From: a virus
Taxonomy: Duplodnaviria > Caudoviricetes
IMG/VR virus record: IMGVR_UViG_3300030376_008775
Location: 58,739-122,738 of that record
DNA: 64,000 nt
Reading direction: 5' to 3' (one strand)
Of this stretch, positions 50,724 through 60,118 are shown piece after piece. Below the pieces are notes generated by a model. That model was given only the letters and a program-made list of their open reading frames with translations. It did not search any database and was not told where the DNA came from. A program made the translations under genes and the position numbers. Positions within the stretch are counted from its first letter, which is position 1; every line of letters begins with the position of its first letter.

Positions 50724-53678
50724 ATGGCACCAGAATTAGATAACAATAACAAACCTTTAGGTTATCAAACTTTATTTGTTAACAGTAAAGAGACTCAAAT
50801 ATTACCATATAAATATGGAATTCCATTAACGGCGCCCTTGCGTTTAGCTAATGATTTTTCTCAAACAACGCCACCGCCTACAGCGTTTGATGTATCTAAC
50901 CAAGATATTGACGATACTGATTTACTACGTTATAATTTAGGTAAATTCTTTTTTAAAATCGGAGAGCAATATAGATTTGTAGACCCGAAGTCAGTTAATG
51001 TTTCCCATACCAAAACGTTGAATCCTAATAAGACATCAATTATTACAGATTTTTCACATTTTAGACCTCCTTTGAGGTATTTTATTGGAGTGAAATCTTT
51101 GTCACCAGAGTTAGAAACTTTTGATTATGGTTTTTTAACAGGTATAGATGGAATTCAAGAAATGCTAGATTTACAAAATCTTGAAATTAGAAATACAACT
51201 TTTATTGCCCTTATATTAGATTTTGATGAGCAAGATAGTAAAAAAGAAAGTCGTTTGGGAGACAGACTAAAGTATCTAGGTGCCAATATTACGGGCGAAG
51301 ATAATGAAAAAGTTTTATTTAACTATTATCTATCCAAAGGAAAAACAACGTCATTAGAACAAAATGCAAGTCCACAATATCTAGGACTCCAGCAAGCATT
51401 TTTACTAGGTACCCCTGGCGCCTTACCTCCTACCTCTGTGCAAAAATTTTTAGATCATACATTTACTTATTCGCATCCCCATTCATTAAGCAAACAAGAT
51501 GATTTTGGAAGCATAAAAGTTTTATATTCGAATGTAATACCGGAGTATAATTTTTATCAAGAATCATATGAAAAAAGCTTGAATAAGTTTAAAAACATAA
51601 CTATCAATGATGTACCAAGTGAATTGTATCTTCCAAATTTATACACCATAATAGAGGAAACTAAAACAGATTTTGAAGAGTATGGAGAAAACTTAAATTA
51701 TAGAATTCACTCAACTTTAAATTATAAAATCGAAGGCAATTCTTTGAGAACTCTTAAAAATGAAAAAGGAGAATATTCCGAAGTAAAAGGAAGAGTTGCA
51801 AATCAGTACCTAGATGAATGGTCAAGAGTTGTAAACACGGACTTTTTAGACACATTTTCTAATTTAGATTTAGCAATTGTTGCAGATAAATATAAAAATT
51901 TAATTTTTTCTCCAAACGCTGTAAAAAATAATGAAGTTAATACTTCAAAAGCAGTGTTTCCTTTTTACAATGAAATTACTTTCAATACAGACACTTCTAA
52001 TAAGATAGCAGATATTTTATCAAATTCAAAATTATTTGATATTTTAGTATTAGATTACATTTGGCAAAAAGAACAAAATGGCGATAGAATGTTTGATATT
52101 AATTTTCATACATATCAAGATTCGATGAACACTCCTTTATCCGACGAAGCAGATGAAAACCTAGGACAACAAATTTTTAATCTTAAACAAGCAGGAGATC
52201 AATATAAAGCTTATGATTTCGATAAGTTTGTAGAAGAAATTAAAAATTTAAATTCCTTCAGTGGAGTAGTCAGCAGCGCTGTACAAGGATCAACTAGATC
52301 TATTTCCGCCAATGGAGAAGAGTTTTCCGATAGTACTTTGAATATATTTGAGAGCGATCCATTGACACGGCTAATTTATAAAATGACATTTTTATCAAAC
52401 TATGCTTCGGTTGTAAAAGAAAATCTTAGAAATTATCAAGATATTGTTAACGGAAAAAGTGCGTATAGTGAAACTCTTTTTTATAGAGTTGAAAAAAGAG
52501 ATATTAATGATAATTTAGTACAAAACTTTTATGTTTTAAACGATTCTGAATTAATCGATGTAAATCTTATTGATACACAAGTTATATACGGAAAAAATTA
52601 TAAATATCAAATATTTGCTGTACAATTGATTATCGGAAATGAGTATTTCTATGTTAAAGGCCCCGACGACCCAAGAGCTTATTTTGATCAAGGAAATCCA
52701 TATTTAACAGCACCAGGATCTACTGATACACGCAAGGGCGAATATACATTTAATTTAATTGCCGATACAAAACAATCGGTCAAATTAATTGAAATACCAT
52801 ACACATCTCCTGCGACAATTAAATTACAAGAAGCACCTCCTGTACCACCAAATATTAATTTTGTCCCTTATGTAGGCGTTGATAATGAAATTTTAATTAC
52901 CTTTAACACTGGAGTAGATGAATATTACGATACATACATTCCAATTTTAGAAGAAGATTTTGAAATAATTGAAAATTCTTCTATAACAAATAATAAAAAT
53001 CAAACTTTATTTAAATCGGAGGGTGACGCAACAGGCTTCGATATGTTTAGAATCTCTGCGGTTCAAATGCCTGAAGGCCCGGAGTCATACACAGACTTTG
53101 GAATCCCAGGCTTAGCTAAACGTGTGACTCTAAATCGTAATTTAGGTGATCCGACTTTTATAGATAGAATTTTACCAAATACAAAATACTGGTATACGTT
53201 TAGAACAAATGACAAAAAACACTTAGAAACAGAAAAAGCTCCTGATTTCTCTAATCCAACAGTTGTTTATCAAATCGAAATGGTAAACAATGAAGGTGCA
53301 ATCTATTTGATTGTAGAGACCTATGACGTAAACTTTTTTAATTCACAGAAAATTATTTTAGAAAAACAAAAAACTAAAACAATGAGAAAATATTTAAGAA
53401 TTACTCCTTCGTTCGACCAAAGTTTAATTAATACAACAGTTGAAGAAGGTGGAACTGACTATTATGAACCACAAATAAATGACTCAATACAAAATTACGT
53501 AGAAAATAATTTAAATGAAGATGTAAGTGGCTTAAAGATAGGCTACAGACAGCAATCTGTTTTTGGAAATCTTGATGATGATACAAATAATAGATTTAAA
53601 ATTCGACTAACATCGAAAAAAACAGGAAGAAAAATTGATATCTTTTTACGGTTTAAGAAACCAACCTTAGAAAAATAA
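50724..53678 (+). CDS. large hypothetical virion protein with probable Ig/FN3-like C-terminal region
   Basis: DTQVIYGKNYKYQI, PPVPPNI, FIDRILPNTKYWYTFR resemble FN3 strands. Confidence 0.5.
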   Translation: MAPELDNNNKPLGYQTLFVNSKETQILPYKYGIPLTAPLRLANDFSQTTPPPTAFDVSNQDIDDTDLLRYNLGKFFFKIGEQYRFVDPKSVNVSHTKTLNPNKTSIITDFSHFRPPLRYFIGVKSLSPELETFDYGFLTGIDGIQEMLDLQNLEIRNTTFIALILDFDEQDSKKESRLGDRLKYLGANITGEDNEKVLFNYYLSKGKTTSLEQNASPQYLGLQQAFLLGTPGALPPTSVQKFLDHTFTYSHPHSLSKQDDFGSIKVLYSNVIPEYNFYQESYEKSLNKFKNITINDVPSELYLPNLYTIIEETKTDFEEYGENLNYRIHSTLNYKIEGNSLRTLKNEKGEYSEVKGRVANQYLDEWSRVVNTDFLDTFSNLDLAIVADKYKNLIFSPNAVKNNEVNTSKAVFPFYNEITFNTDTSNKIADILSNSKLFDILVLDYIWQKEQNGDRMFDINFHTYQDSMNTPLSDEADENLGQQIFNLKQAGDQYKAYDFDKFVEEIKNLNSFSGVVSSAVQGSTRSISANGEEFSDSTLNIFESDPLTRLIYKMTFLSNYASVVKENLRNYQDIVNGKSAYSETLFYRVEKRDINDNLVQNFYVLNDSELIDVNLIDTQVIYGKNYKYQIFAVQLIIGNEYFYVKGPDDPRAYFDQGNPYLTAPGSTDTRKGEYTFNLIADTKQSVKLIEIPYTSPATIKLQEAPPVPPNINFVPYVGVDNEILITFNTGVDEYYDTYIPILEEDFEIIENSSITNNKNQTLFKSEGDATGFDMFRISAVQMPEGPESYTDFGIPGLAKRVTLNRNLGDPTFIDRILPNTKYWYTFRTNDKKHLETEKAPDFSNPTVVYQIEMVNNEGAIYLIVETYDVNFFNSQKIILEKQKTKTMRKYLRITPSFDQSLINTTVEEGGTDYYEPQINDSIQNYVENNLNEDVSGLKIGYRQQSVFGNLDDDTNNRFKIRLTSKKTGRKIDIFLRFKKPTLEK

Positions 53679-53753
53679 TTAATATTAAACAAGAAAGACT
53701 AATTAAAGTAGTACACTATTTATTTAGAATTCTTTATAATTTGGAGAACTTAA

Positions 53754-54734
53754 ATGGGATTTTTAGACAACTCGGGCGATATTATTCTAGACGCCGTATT
53801 AACAGACCTTGGACGTGAAAGATTAGCCAGAGGCGACGGATCTTTCAAAATCACAAAATTTGCTGCAGCTGATGATGAAATTGATTATGCAAAATATAAT
53901 AAAAATAATTCATCCGGCTCTGCTTATTATGACTTGGATATTTTAACAACACCTGTTTTAGAGGCTTTTACAAATAATATTAGCTCTTGTAAACATAAGT
54001 TAATGACAATTCCTCGCAATAACTTACTTTATTTGCCTGTTGTTAAATTGGCAAATAATGTCAATGGTGTTAACGCGGAACTTTGTACAACCACAACTGT
54101 GAGTGGGTTGTATTTGGTGACAGTTGATAACGAGACTTCTGTCAACAAAGTTGGCACAAAAGAGTTATACACGCAGCTTGGAATTATAAGGGGAGATGGA
54201 CAGCCTGCAGGAAATGGTGGTGATGGCTCAACTCAGATTGTCGTTGATCAAGGTTTAGATACAACAAAGATTCCAAGTAGCTTCACATTAGATTCTGATC
54301 TTATGGAAAATCAATATATTATTGAGATCGATGACCGCCTAGGCAAGATCAACACTCCTCTTGAGGCAGGAAATGCTCTAGCAAATCCAAATTTTATTGA
54401 TGACGATAGAATCGCTAGTTATTACTTATCTGCAACAAGTAATCCAAATTTTGTATCTTCATTGCCAGCAGCAACGAATAATGAAGGGACAAACAATAGT
54501 AACATTTCGGCCGTCGCCGGCCCAAGAGGAACAAGATTAAAATTTACAATCAGAGCTTCATTAGAATTAAACACAAGCACTAGTTTATTTTCTCGACTGG
54601 GTGGTACTTTTGGACTCAATACCGATTCAAAGAACTATGGAAGCCACCGCTTTATTGACTCAACAGTAAGGATTACTGGTGTTACAACTGGATACAGGTT
54701 AGATATTCCTGTGCGATTTATTAAAAAAGTCTAA
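53754..54734 (+). CDS. tail/baseplate structural protein
   Basis: MGFLDNSGDIILDAVLTDLGRERLARG..FKITKFAAADDEIDY; GGAG RBS. Confidence 0.6.
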   Translation: MGFLDNSGDIILDAVLTDLGRERLARGDGSFKITKFAAADDEIDYAKYNKNNSSGSAYYDLDILTTPVLEAFTNNISSCKHKLMTIPRNNLLYLPVVKLANNVNGVNAELCTTTTVSGLYLVTVDNETSVNKVGTKELYTQLGIIRGDGQPAGNGGDGSTQIVVDQGLDTTKIPSSFTLDSDLMENQYIIEIDDRLGKINTPLEAGNALANPNFIDDDRIASYYLSATSNPNFVSSLPAATNNEGTNNSNISAVAGPRGTRLKFTIRASLELNTSTSLFSRLGGTFGLNTDSKNYGSHRFIDSTVRITGVTTGYRLDIPVRFIKKV

Positions 54735-54752
54735 ACATATAGGATAAAAATA

Positions 54753-55877
54753 ATGGCAAGCACTTTTAAAACATTTTTAAATAACGATAAGACAACAACA
54801 AGAACTTTATTACACGAAGCAATTCCTGTAACTGGAACAATACTTTCGGGAACATACGGAACTGGTGTTTACGAAGTTGGAGCAGAAGCAAATATTAAGA
54901 ATTATTCACATGGTATGTTTCAATCGGTTTACGATTATCCTTTTTTAAGTTCTTCTGCAAACCATATTTTAGATTTAACTGTGGGCTACTCAACCGGCTC
55001 GGTTCTTTCCGGATCAACAACTGATGCAACGCAAAGAAAAAATAAAGTTAATATCTACAATCAGCTAGCTCAAGTACTTGTTGGACATGATAAAGATGGC
55101 AAGATTCAAAGATTCGACATCGATGGCAATCTTGCTGACGGTGCTGGCAAGATGAATGATGTTTTCTTTATTAACTTCGCGCGCCTATTATCAAAAGATG
55201 AAATTAAGAAAGGTTCATTTAAACTAGATCTTGGTGTGGGCGGTAAATTTGGTACTGCGAATGCTATGGCTGCCCAGATTAGATTAGCAGATACGTCTGG
55301 CTCAGATGGATATTTTGTAAATTCACCTGCAGGGGAGTATGGTGTTTTGTTTGCGTCTAACTTAGTCGGCAGTCCAATTAAGACTGCCCCAACCAAGACT
55401 ACTGAGGCCGCGGGCCTTATCTATTATCAAGCGGGCATAGCAGTTGTTACAGCTTCTGTCTTTATGAGTGGCTCAGAATTAGGTATTTCTGCATCTGCGG
55501 GCGTGCCAGAAATGCAAGTTAATGCCGCCGGCCTAAAGATGACTCAGGCACTTACAAGCTCTGCTTTATCGTCTAGTTGCAATCATATTAGACACAGAAT
55601 TGAAAGCATTGAATTTAACAATACAACAGAATTAAACTCAACAATCTATTTTTGCCGAATGAATAACAACGAGTTTAATTACAGCTCTAACCCAACTTAT
55701 TTGTCTTCAAGTCAAATTGTTACAAAAACTGTTTCGACGGATTTACCTGTGTCATATGTGACAACGTTAGGTCTTTACTCTGCGGATAATGAATTGCTAG
55801 CAACGGCTAAGCTGTCAGAACCTCTTCGCAAAGATCCATCAAATGAGTTAACAGTTAGAGTTAGACTAGATTACTAA
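54753..55877 (+). CDS. tail-collar/fibre-attachment-like structural protein
   Basis: C-terminal TTLGLYSADNELLATAKLSEPLRKD..VRVRLDY; paralogue of the next gene. Confidence 0.6.
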   Translation: MASTFKTFLNNDKTTTRTLLHEAIPVTGTILSGTYGTGVYEVGAEANIKNYSHGMFQSVYDYPFLSSSANHILDLTVGYSTGSVLSGSTTDATQRKNKVNIYNQLAQVLVGHDKDGKIQRFDIDGNLADGAGKMNDVFFINFARLLSKDEIKKGSFKLDLGVGGKFGTANAMAAQIRLADTSGSDGYFVNSPAGEYGVLFASNLVGSPIKTAPTKTTEAAGLIYYQAGIAVVTASVFMSGSELGISASAGVPEMQVNAAGLKMTQALTSSALSSSCNHIRHRIESIEFNNTTELNSTIYFCRMNNNEFNYSSNPTYLSSSQIVTKTVSTDLPVSYVTTLGLYSADNELLATAKLSEPLRKDPSNELTVRVRLDY

Positions 55878-55888
55878 GGTGCTATAAT

Positions 55889-57028
55889 ATGCCTTACTAC
55901 GAATTTGAAAAAAATGATGTTTTTATTAACACCATAGAATTAAATCCGGATTGTAATTTTTTTATATATAAATCGAAAGCTTATTATAAAAACAAAGATC
56001 AACTTCTTTCCAATTCTAACACTCCCTCTGGGCATATCAATCTTTATGAATTAAATGTTAATCGACCTGCAGCAAGTTTGATATACCCATTTTTACCCAA
56101 AGGATCATCTTTGGAAAGATTTAGAACAGTTAGTACTAGTCAATATGCTGCTTTGGACGCCGGCGCCTTGATGCAAGGAACTTATCCTCTGACTGCTTCT
56201 ATAACAACGGCAGTCTATGACACAAGTGCCACAAGAAAGCAAGTTGATGCTCTTAAAAACACTTTAAATTTTTATAAATACAGAAGTCAGCATTATGCTT
56301 TTTCTTCTTCTCTTGGCAATAAAGGAACTCAACGATTATCAATGCTTGACTTTCCCTCTATTTTTTATGGAAGTAATATAAAGCCCGGCACGGTAGATTT
56401 AAGATTTTATTTATCTGGTTCCTTATTAGGAAAGCTAACAGATAAAAATAGAAATGGAGAATTAATCCAATCATCTGGAACAATTTCTGCAAACGATAAC
56501 AAAGTAGCAGGAGTTGTACTTTACAATGAAGGGATTATTATTTTAACCGGATCTTGGGATCTTAACACAACACATACGGCAAAATATGTTACTGATGGAG
56601 GCGCCGCCCAACGTCCAAGATGGAATGCATTTGCAAGAAAAACGGAGGAGACTGTTTCTTCTAGTTACGGAATAAATGTAAAGGGCACACAAAAACTCAA
56701 TATGATGACAATGTTTGCGCATGCTATTCCTGGAGATTTAAATTTTTCTCCTAATCCAACATACGCAACTTTTGATAATGCTGTTAAAAATGAAATAACT
56801 TATGTTACCTCATCGACCTCCTATACTGAGCCCGGAGGTATCAAGCTAGTGAATACAGTGAGTAGCTCATATTTGAACTATGATGAGAAATTTCAAAAAC
56901 AAACTTTTATCTCTAAGATTGGAATATACGACTCAAATCGTAATTTAATCGCAATTGCAAAATTAGCAACTCCTGTTCGCAAAAAAGAAAATGATCAATA
57001 TACATTTAAACTTAAGCTAGATTACTGA
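55889..57028 (+). CDS. tail-collar/fibre-attachment-like structural protein (paralogue)
   Basis: C-terminal SKIGIYDSNRNLIAIAKLATPVRKK..FKLKLDY; shares IKPG/IKKG and G-x-x-x-Y-x-x-G-I motifs with the previous gene. Confidence 0.6.
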   Translation: MPYYEFEKNDVFINTIELNPDCNFFIYKSKAYYKNKDQLLSNSNTPSGHINLYELNVNRPAASLIYPFLPKGSSLERFRTVSTSQYAALDAGALMQGTYPLTASITTAVYDTSATRKQVDALKNTLNFYKYRSQHYAFSSSLGNKGTQRLSMLDFPSIFYGSNIKPGTVDLRFYLSGSLLGKLTDKNRNGELIQSSGTISANDNKVAGVVLYNEGIIILTGSWDLNTTHTAKYVTDGGAAQRPRWNAFARKTEETVSSSYGINVKGTQKLNMMTMFAHAIPGDLNFSPNPTYATFDNAVKNEITYVTSSTSYTEPGGIKLVNTVSSSYLNYDEKFQKQTFISKIGIYDSNRNLIAIAKLATPVRKKENDQYTFKLKLDY

Positions 57029-57034
57029 TATAAT
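57026..57034 (+). promoter_or_regulatory. extended -10 promoter (TGnTATAAT), possible leaderless transcript for the resolvase
   Basis: TG-A-TATAAT at 57026-57034; the ATG is at 57041 and no SD sequence is visible. Confidence 0.45.
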
Positions 57035-57040
57035 CTATAT

Positions 57041-57571
57041 ATGATTTTAGGTTTAGATATCAGCACTAGTATAACAGGTGTGACAGTAATTGATAAAAAT
57101 GGCAAAGTTCTTCATAATGAAGCTTGGGATTTAAGAAAGTATAAAGAATTCTTTCAAAAAGCAGAAATTATCAAAGGCAAGGTTCAAGAATTAAACGATA
57201 CCTTTGCAATCAAAGAAATTTATATCGAACAATCTCTTCAAAGTTTTAGAAGTGGTTTTTCTTCGGCAAAAACACTCTCTACGTTATCTCGCTTCAACGG
57301 TATTGTTTCGTGGCTGTGCTATGATTTGCTAAACATAAAGCCCGAATACATTGCTGCGACCTCTGCAAGAAAAAAATGCGGCATTAAAGTGCCGAAAGGT
57401 GTCAAAGCAAAACAAGTCGTAATTCAGTATGTACTAGACAATGTTCCCGCTGTTAATATACTATATACAAAACACGGTAATCCCAAGCCTGACTGTTTTG
57501 ATAAAGCAGACAGCTGGGTTATCGCACAAGCAGGGTATTTATGTCAGATGGAAAAAAACGTTCAATCCTAA
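57041..57571 (+). CDS. RuvC-like Holliday junction resolvase
   Basis: ILGLDIS, IYIEQ and DKADS catalytic acidic motifs. Confidence 0.8.
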   Translation: MILGLDISTSITGVTVIDKNGKVLHNEAWDLRKYKEFFQKAEIIKGKVQELNDTFAIKEIYIEQSLQSFRSGFSSAKTLSTLSRFNGIVSWLCYDLLNIKPEYIAATSARKKCGIKVPKGVKAKQVVIQYVLDNVPAVNILYTKHGNPKPDCFDKADSWVIAQAGYLCQMEKNVQS

Positions 57572-58482
57572 GAAGCACTTTAGGGTATTGTCATCAATCT
57601 GGAAACGAACTTCTTTTTGCTTGTCCGAAATGCAATCATCACAAAAATAAATTATCTGTTAATATAGAGCGAGATGTTTTTAAATGTTGGGTTTGCGAAT
57701 ATTCTGGACGGTCAATCTATCGCCTTATTCGTCGCTATGGAAGCTATGAACAGAGAAAAGAGTGGGGACAACTAACACAACAAATTGATGTTTCAACTTT
57801 TGCGGAAGTCTTGTTACAAGATGATAATTTTGTTGAGGAAGAGCAAACGCTTGATTTACCAGAAGAGTTTGTATCGCTAGCAAACAAAAATCTTCCAAAA
57901 ACTTCTTTGTACGCCTTAAATTACTTAGAAAGCCGCGGCATTTACAAGGAAGATATTGTTAAATGGAAGATTGGCTATTGCGACGACGGCGATTTTGGAT
58001 CACGAATTATTATTCCTTCGTTTGGCTTAACCGGAAAAGCAAACTTTTTTATTGCTAGAAGTTACGGAGACGACTGGAGAAAGTATAAAAATCCACAAGC
58101 TAGCAAGGATATTGTCTTTAATGAGTTATATCTTGACTTTGATGAAGATATGATTTTGGTTGAGGGTGTTTTTGATGCTATAAAAGCTGGAGATAATTCT
58201 GTTCCAATTCTTGGCTCAACATTAAGAGAACATTCAAAACTATTTCAGAAGATTGTAGAAAATGATACACCTGTCTACATTGCTTTAGATCCGGATGTCG
58301 ACAGAAAAACATTAAAAATTATAAAACTTTTATTAGAATATGACATTGAAGTTCATAAAATTAATATTTTGCCATACAACGACGTCGGCGAAATGTCTAG
58401 ACAACAGTTTATAAAGAGAAAAGAAGAAGCTACATTTATCAAATCTTATGACTATTTAATTAATGAAATCTTTAATTTGTAA
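57541..58482 (+). CDS. DNA primase (zinc finger plus TOPRIM), phage type
   Basis: CPKCNH..LSVN..FKCWVC, YLESRG, RIIIP, KYKNP, LVEGVFDA, IALDPD, DVGEM. Confidence 0.9.
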   Translation: MSDGKKRSILRSTLGYCHQSGNELLFACPKCNHHKNKLSVNIERDVFKCWVCEYSGRSIYRLIRRYGSYEQRKEWGQLTQQIDVSTFAEVLLQDDNFVEEEQTLDLPEEFVSLANKNLPKTSLYALNYLESRGIYKEDIVKWKIGYCDDGDFGSRIIIPSFGLTGKANFFIARSYGDDWRKYKNPQASKDIVFNELYLDFDEDMILVEGVFDAIKAGDNSVPILGSTLREHSKLFQKIVENDTPVYIALDPDVDRKTLKIIKLLLEYDIEVHKINILPYNDVGEMSRQQFIKRKEEATFIKSYDYLINEIFNL

Positions 58483-58495
58483 AGGAGATTGATTA

Positions 58496-58597
58496 ATGAA
58501 AAAAGTATTACATAAGTTAGTAAATTTATTCAACAAGAATCATTGCAGCTGCTGCTGCGAGACTTGTGCTTGTGAAAGTTGTTGTGAGAAATGTTAA
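58496..58597 (+). CDS. 33-aa Cys-rich peptide (metallothionein-like)
   Basis: Below the ORF-track cutoff. MKKVLHKLVNLFNKNHCSCCCETCACESCCEKC*. AAAGGAG RBS at 58481-58487; its stop abuts the next GTG. Confidence 0.75.
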   Translation: MKKVLHKLVNLFNKNHCSCCCETCACESCCEKC

Positions 58598-59050
58598 GTG
58601 AAACTCTTATTTGAAAATTGGCGAAAGTATTTAATCGAGGCCATTGGCGCTGATGAAAACCCAGATTTATCTCAAGACGCTAAAGCATTTAAAACTGCTA
58701 AAAAACCTATTCCACTTAATTTTAGGTATGCAAAAGATGATGAAGTGATACAAACAAAAGAAGGCCCAGTTAAAGCTAACGCTGGAGATGCTATCATGAC
58801 TGGTACTAAAGGCGAAAATTGGCCTATTCCCGTCAAGAAGTTTAAGCAAACATACGATATTCTAGAACCTGGAAAAGCTGCAAAGAAAAATATTCCAGTA
58901 TTTGCCAAAGAAATGCAAGAACCATTTCAAGTAAAGGTATCTTGGTCTGCAGATCTATTACAAGGGGAAGCAGGAGATTTTTTAGTTCAATATGGTCCGG
59001 GAGATTATGGTGTTGTTGGAGCAGAAATATTTAAGGAAACTTATAAATGA
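58598..59050 (+). CDS. PGDYG-family protein with N-terminal leader
   Basis: QYGPGDYGVV; two internal repeats of AGD....G(E/D)....FK.TY; leader MKLLFENWRKYLIE. Confidence 0.7.
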   Translation: MKLLFENWRKYLIEAIGADENPDLSQDAKAFKTAKKPIPLNFRYAKDDEVIQTKEGPVKANAGDAIMTGTKGENWPIPVKKFKQTYDILEPGKAAKKNIPVFAKEMQEPFQVKVSWSADLLQGEAGDFLVQYGPGDYGVVGAEIFKETYK

Positions 59051-59526
59051 AACTTATATTTGAAAGCTGGCGAAAGTATTTAAAAGAAGAGGCCTCTGAA
59101 GAAAAGATTGAAGACGTTGTTGTAGACGTTTTAAAAGATGAAGGCGGAGCTGCAGGGCTAGATCCTATTGAGAAAGCTGTTGATGAGTTGGAATTACCAG
59201 AAGGTTTTGATTTAAAAGACTTTCTGAAAGGTTTAAGAGGCGTAGGACAGCATGAAGACGGCGATTACATCTTGGAAGACGGTGAAGAAATTCACGTAAA
59301 AGAAGGCATTGAAATTTTCTTGGAAGCGCAAGAAGAAATGCTTGACGAAAAAAAACGCAAAAAGAAAAAAAAGAAAAAGAAGAAGAAAGGTAAAAAAGAT
59401 GCTTGCTATCACAAAGTAAGATCAAGATATAGTGTCTGGCCTTCAGCGTATGCGTCTGGGGCCCTTGTAAAGTGTCGCAAAGTCGGCGCCAAGAATTGGG
59501 GCACAGGCGGGAAGAAAAAGAAATGA
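59047..59526 (+). CDS. leader-bearing protein: acidic N-half, poly-Lys run, basic Cys-containing C-domain
   Basis: MKLIFESWRKYLKE..LDEKKRKKKKKKKKKKGKKDACYHKV..WPSAYASGALVKCRK. Confidence 0.75.
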   Translation: MKLIFESWRKYLKEEASEEKIEDVVVDVLKDEGGAAGLDPIEKAVDELELPEGFDLKDFLKGLRGVGQHEDGDYILEDGEEIHVKEGIEIFLEAQEEMLDEKKRKKKKKKKKKKGKKDACYHKVRSRYSVWPSAYASGALVKCRKVGAKNWGTGGKKKK

Positions 59527-59858
59527 AAATCTCTGAAGAAGAATTAAACCAAATTATCAGGGAAGAAGTTCTAAAATATTTGGAAGAAAAGAAAAAAAGA
59601 AAATTAACTGCAAAGCCAAGTTCCGAAACTAGTCTTCGTGATTGGTTTGGAAGAAAAGGCGCAAAAGGCAAAAAAGGCGGATGGGTTGATTGTAACACTT
59701 GCCGCAAAGATAAAAAAACAGGCCGCAAGAAATGTAGTGCTTGTGGTAGATCTGGCGGAGAAAAGAGAGCAAAATATCCATCTTGTCGTCCAACACCCGG
59801 CGCTTGTGGTAAAAAAGGAAATTACGGCAAAAAATCAAAAGCCGGCAAAAAAGGATAA
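59523..59858 (+). CDS. leader-bearing basic Cys-rich protein
   Basis: The ATG at 59523 (ATGA overlap with the previous stop) gives MKISEEELNQIIREEVLKYLEE..LRDWF..WVDCNTC..CSACGR..YPSCRP. Confidence 0.75.
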   Translation: MKISEEELNQIIREEVLKYLEEKKKRKLTAKPSSETSLRDWFGRKGAKGKKGGWVDCNTCRKDKKTGRKKCSACGRSGGEKRAKYPSCRPTPGACGKKGNYGKKSKAGKKG

Positions 59859-59863
59859 CCATT

Positions 59864-60100
59864 ATGAAAATCACAAAAGAAAATTTAGAGCAGATTATTA
59901 AAGAAGAATTAGAAGCAGTCTTAACAGAAAAAAAAGAAGAACCAAAGTACGTTCGTGATGATAAGTATGTAGCAAAATATGATCCCGCTTTTCGTAAGGA
60001 AGTATGCCTTGGAAAAAAACGTAATGGCGAATTTGTAGATTGGTTTGTTAGAGATGGCAAAGGAAGATGTGAATATGTTACACTAGACGAAAGTAGCTAG
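59864..60100 (+). CDS. leader-bearing small protein
   Basis: MKITKENLEQIIKEELEAVLTE; AAGGA RBS. Confidence 0.75.
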   Translation: MKITKENLEQIIKEELEAVLTEKKEEPKYVRDDKYVAKYDPAFRKEVCLGKKRNGEFVDWFVRDGKGRCEYVTLDESS

Positions 60101-60118
60101 GACAATAAGGAATAAACA

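Noticed and set aside
59472-59522. ORF-track start at 59472 for the 59858-ending gene
   Set aside because: The ATG at 59523 overlaps the previous stop and restores the shared MKI.....L..II.EE leader.
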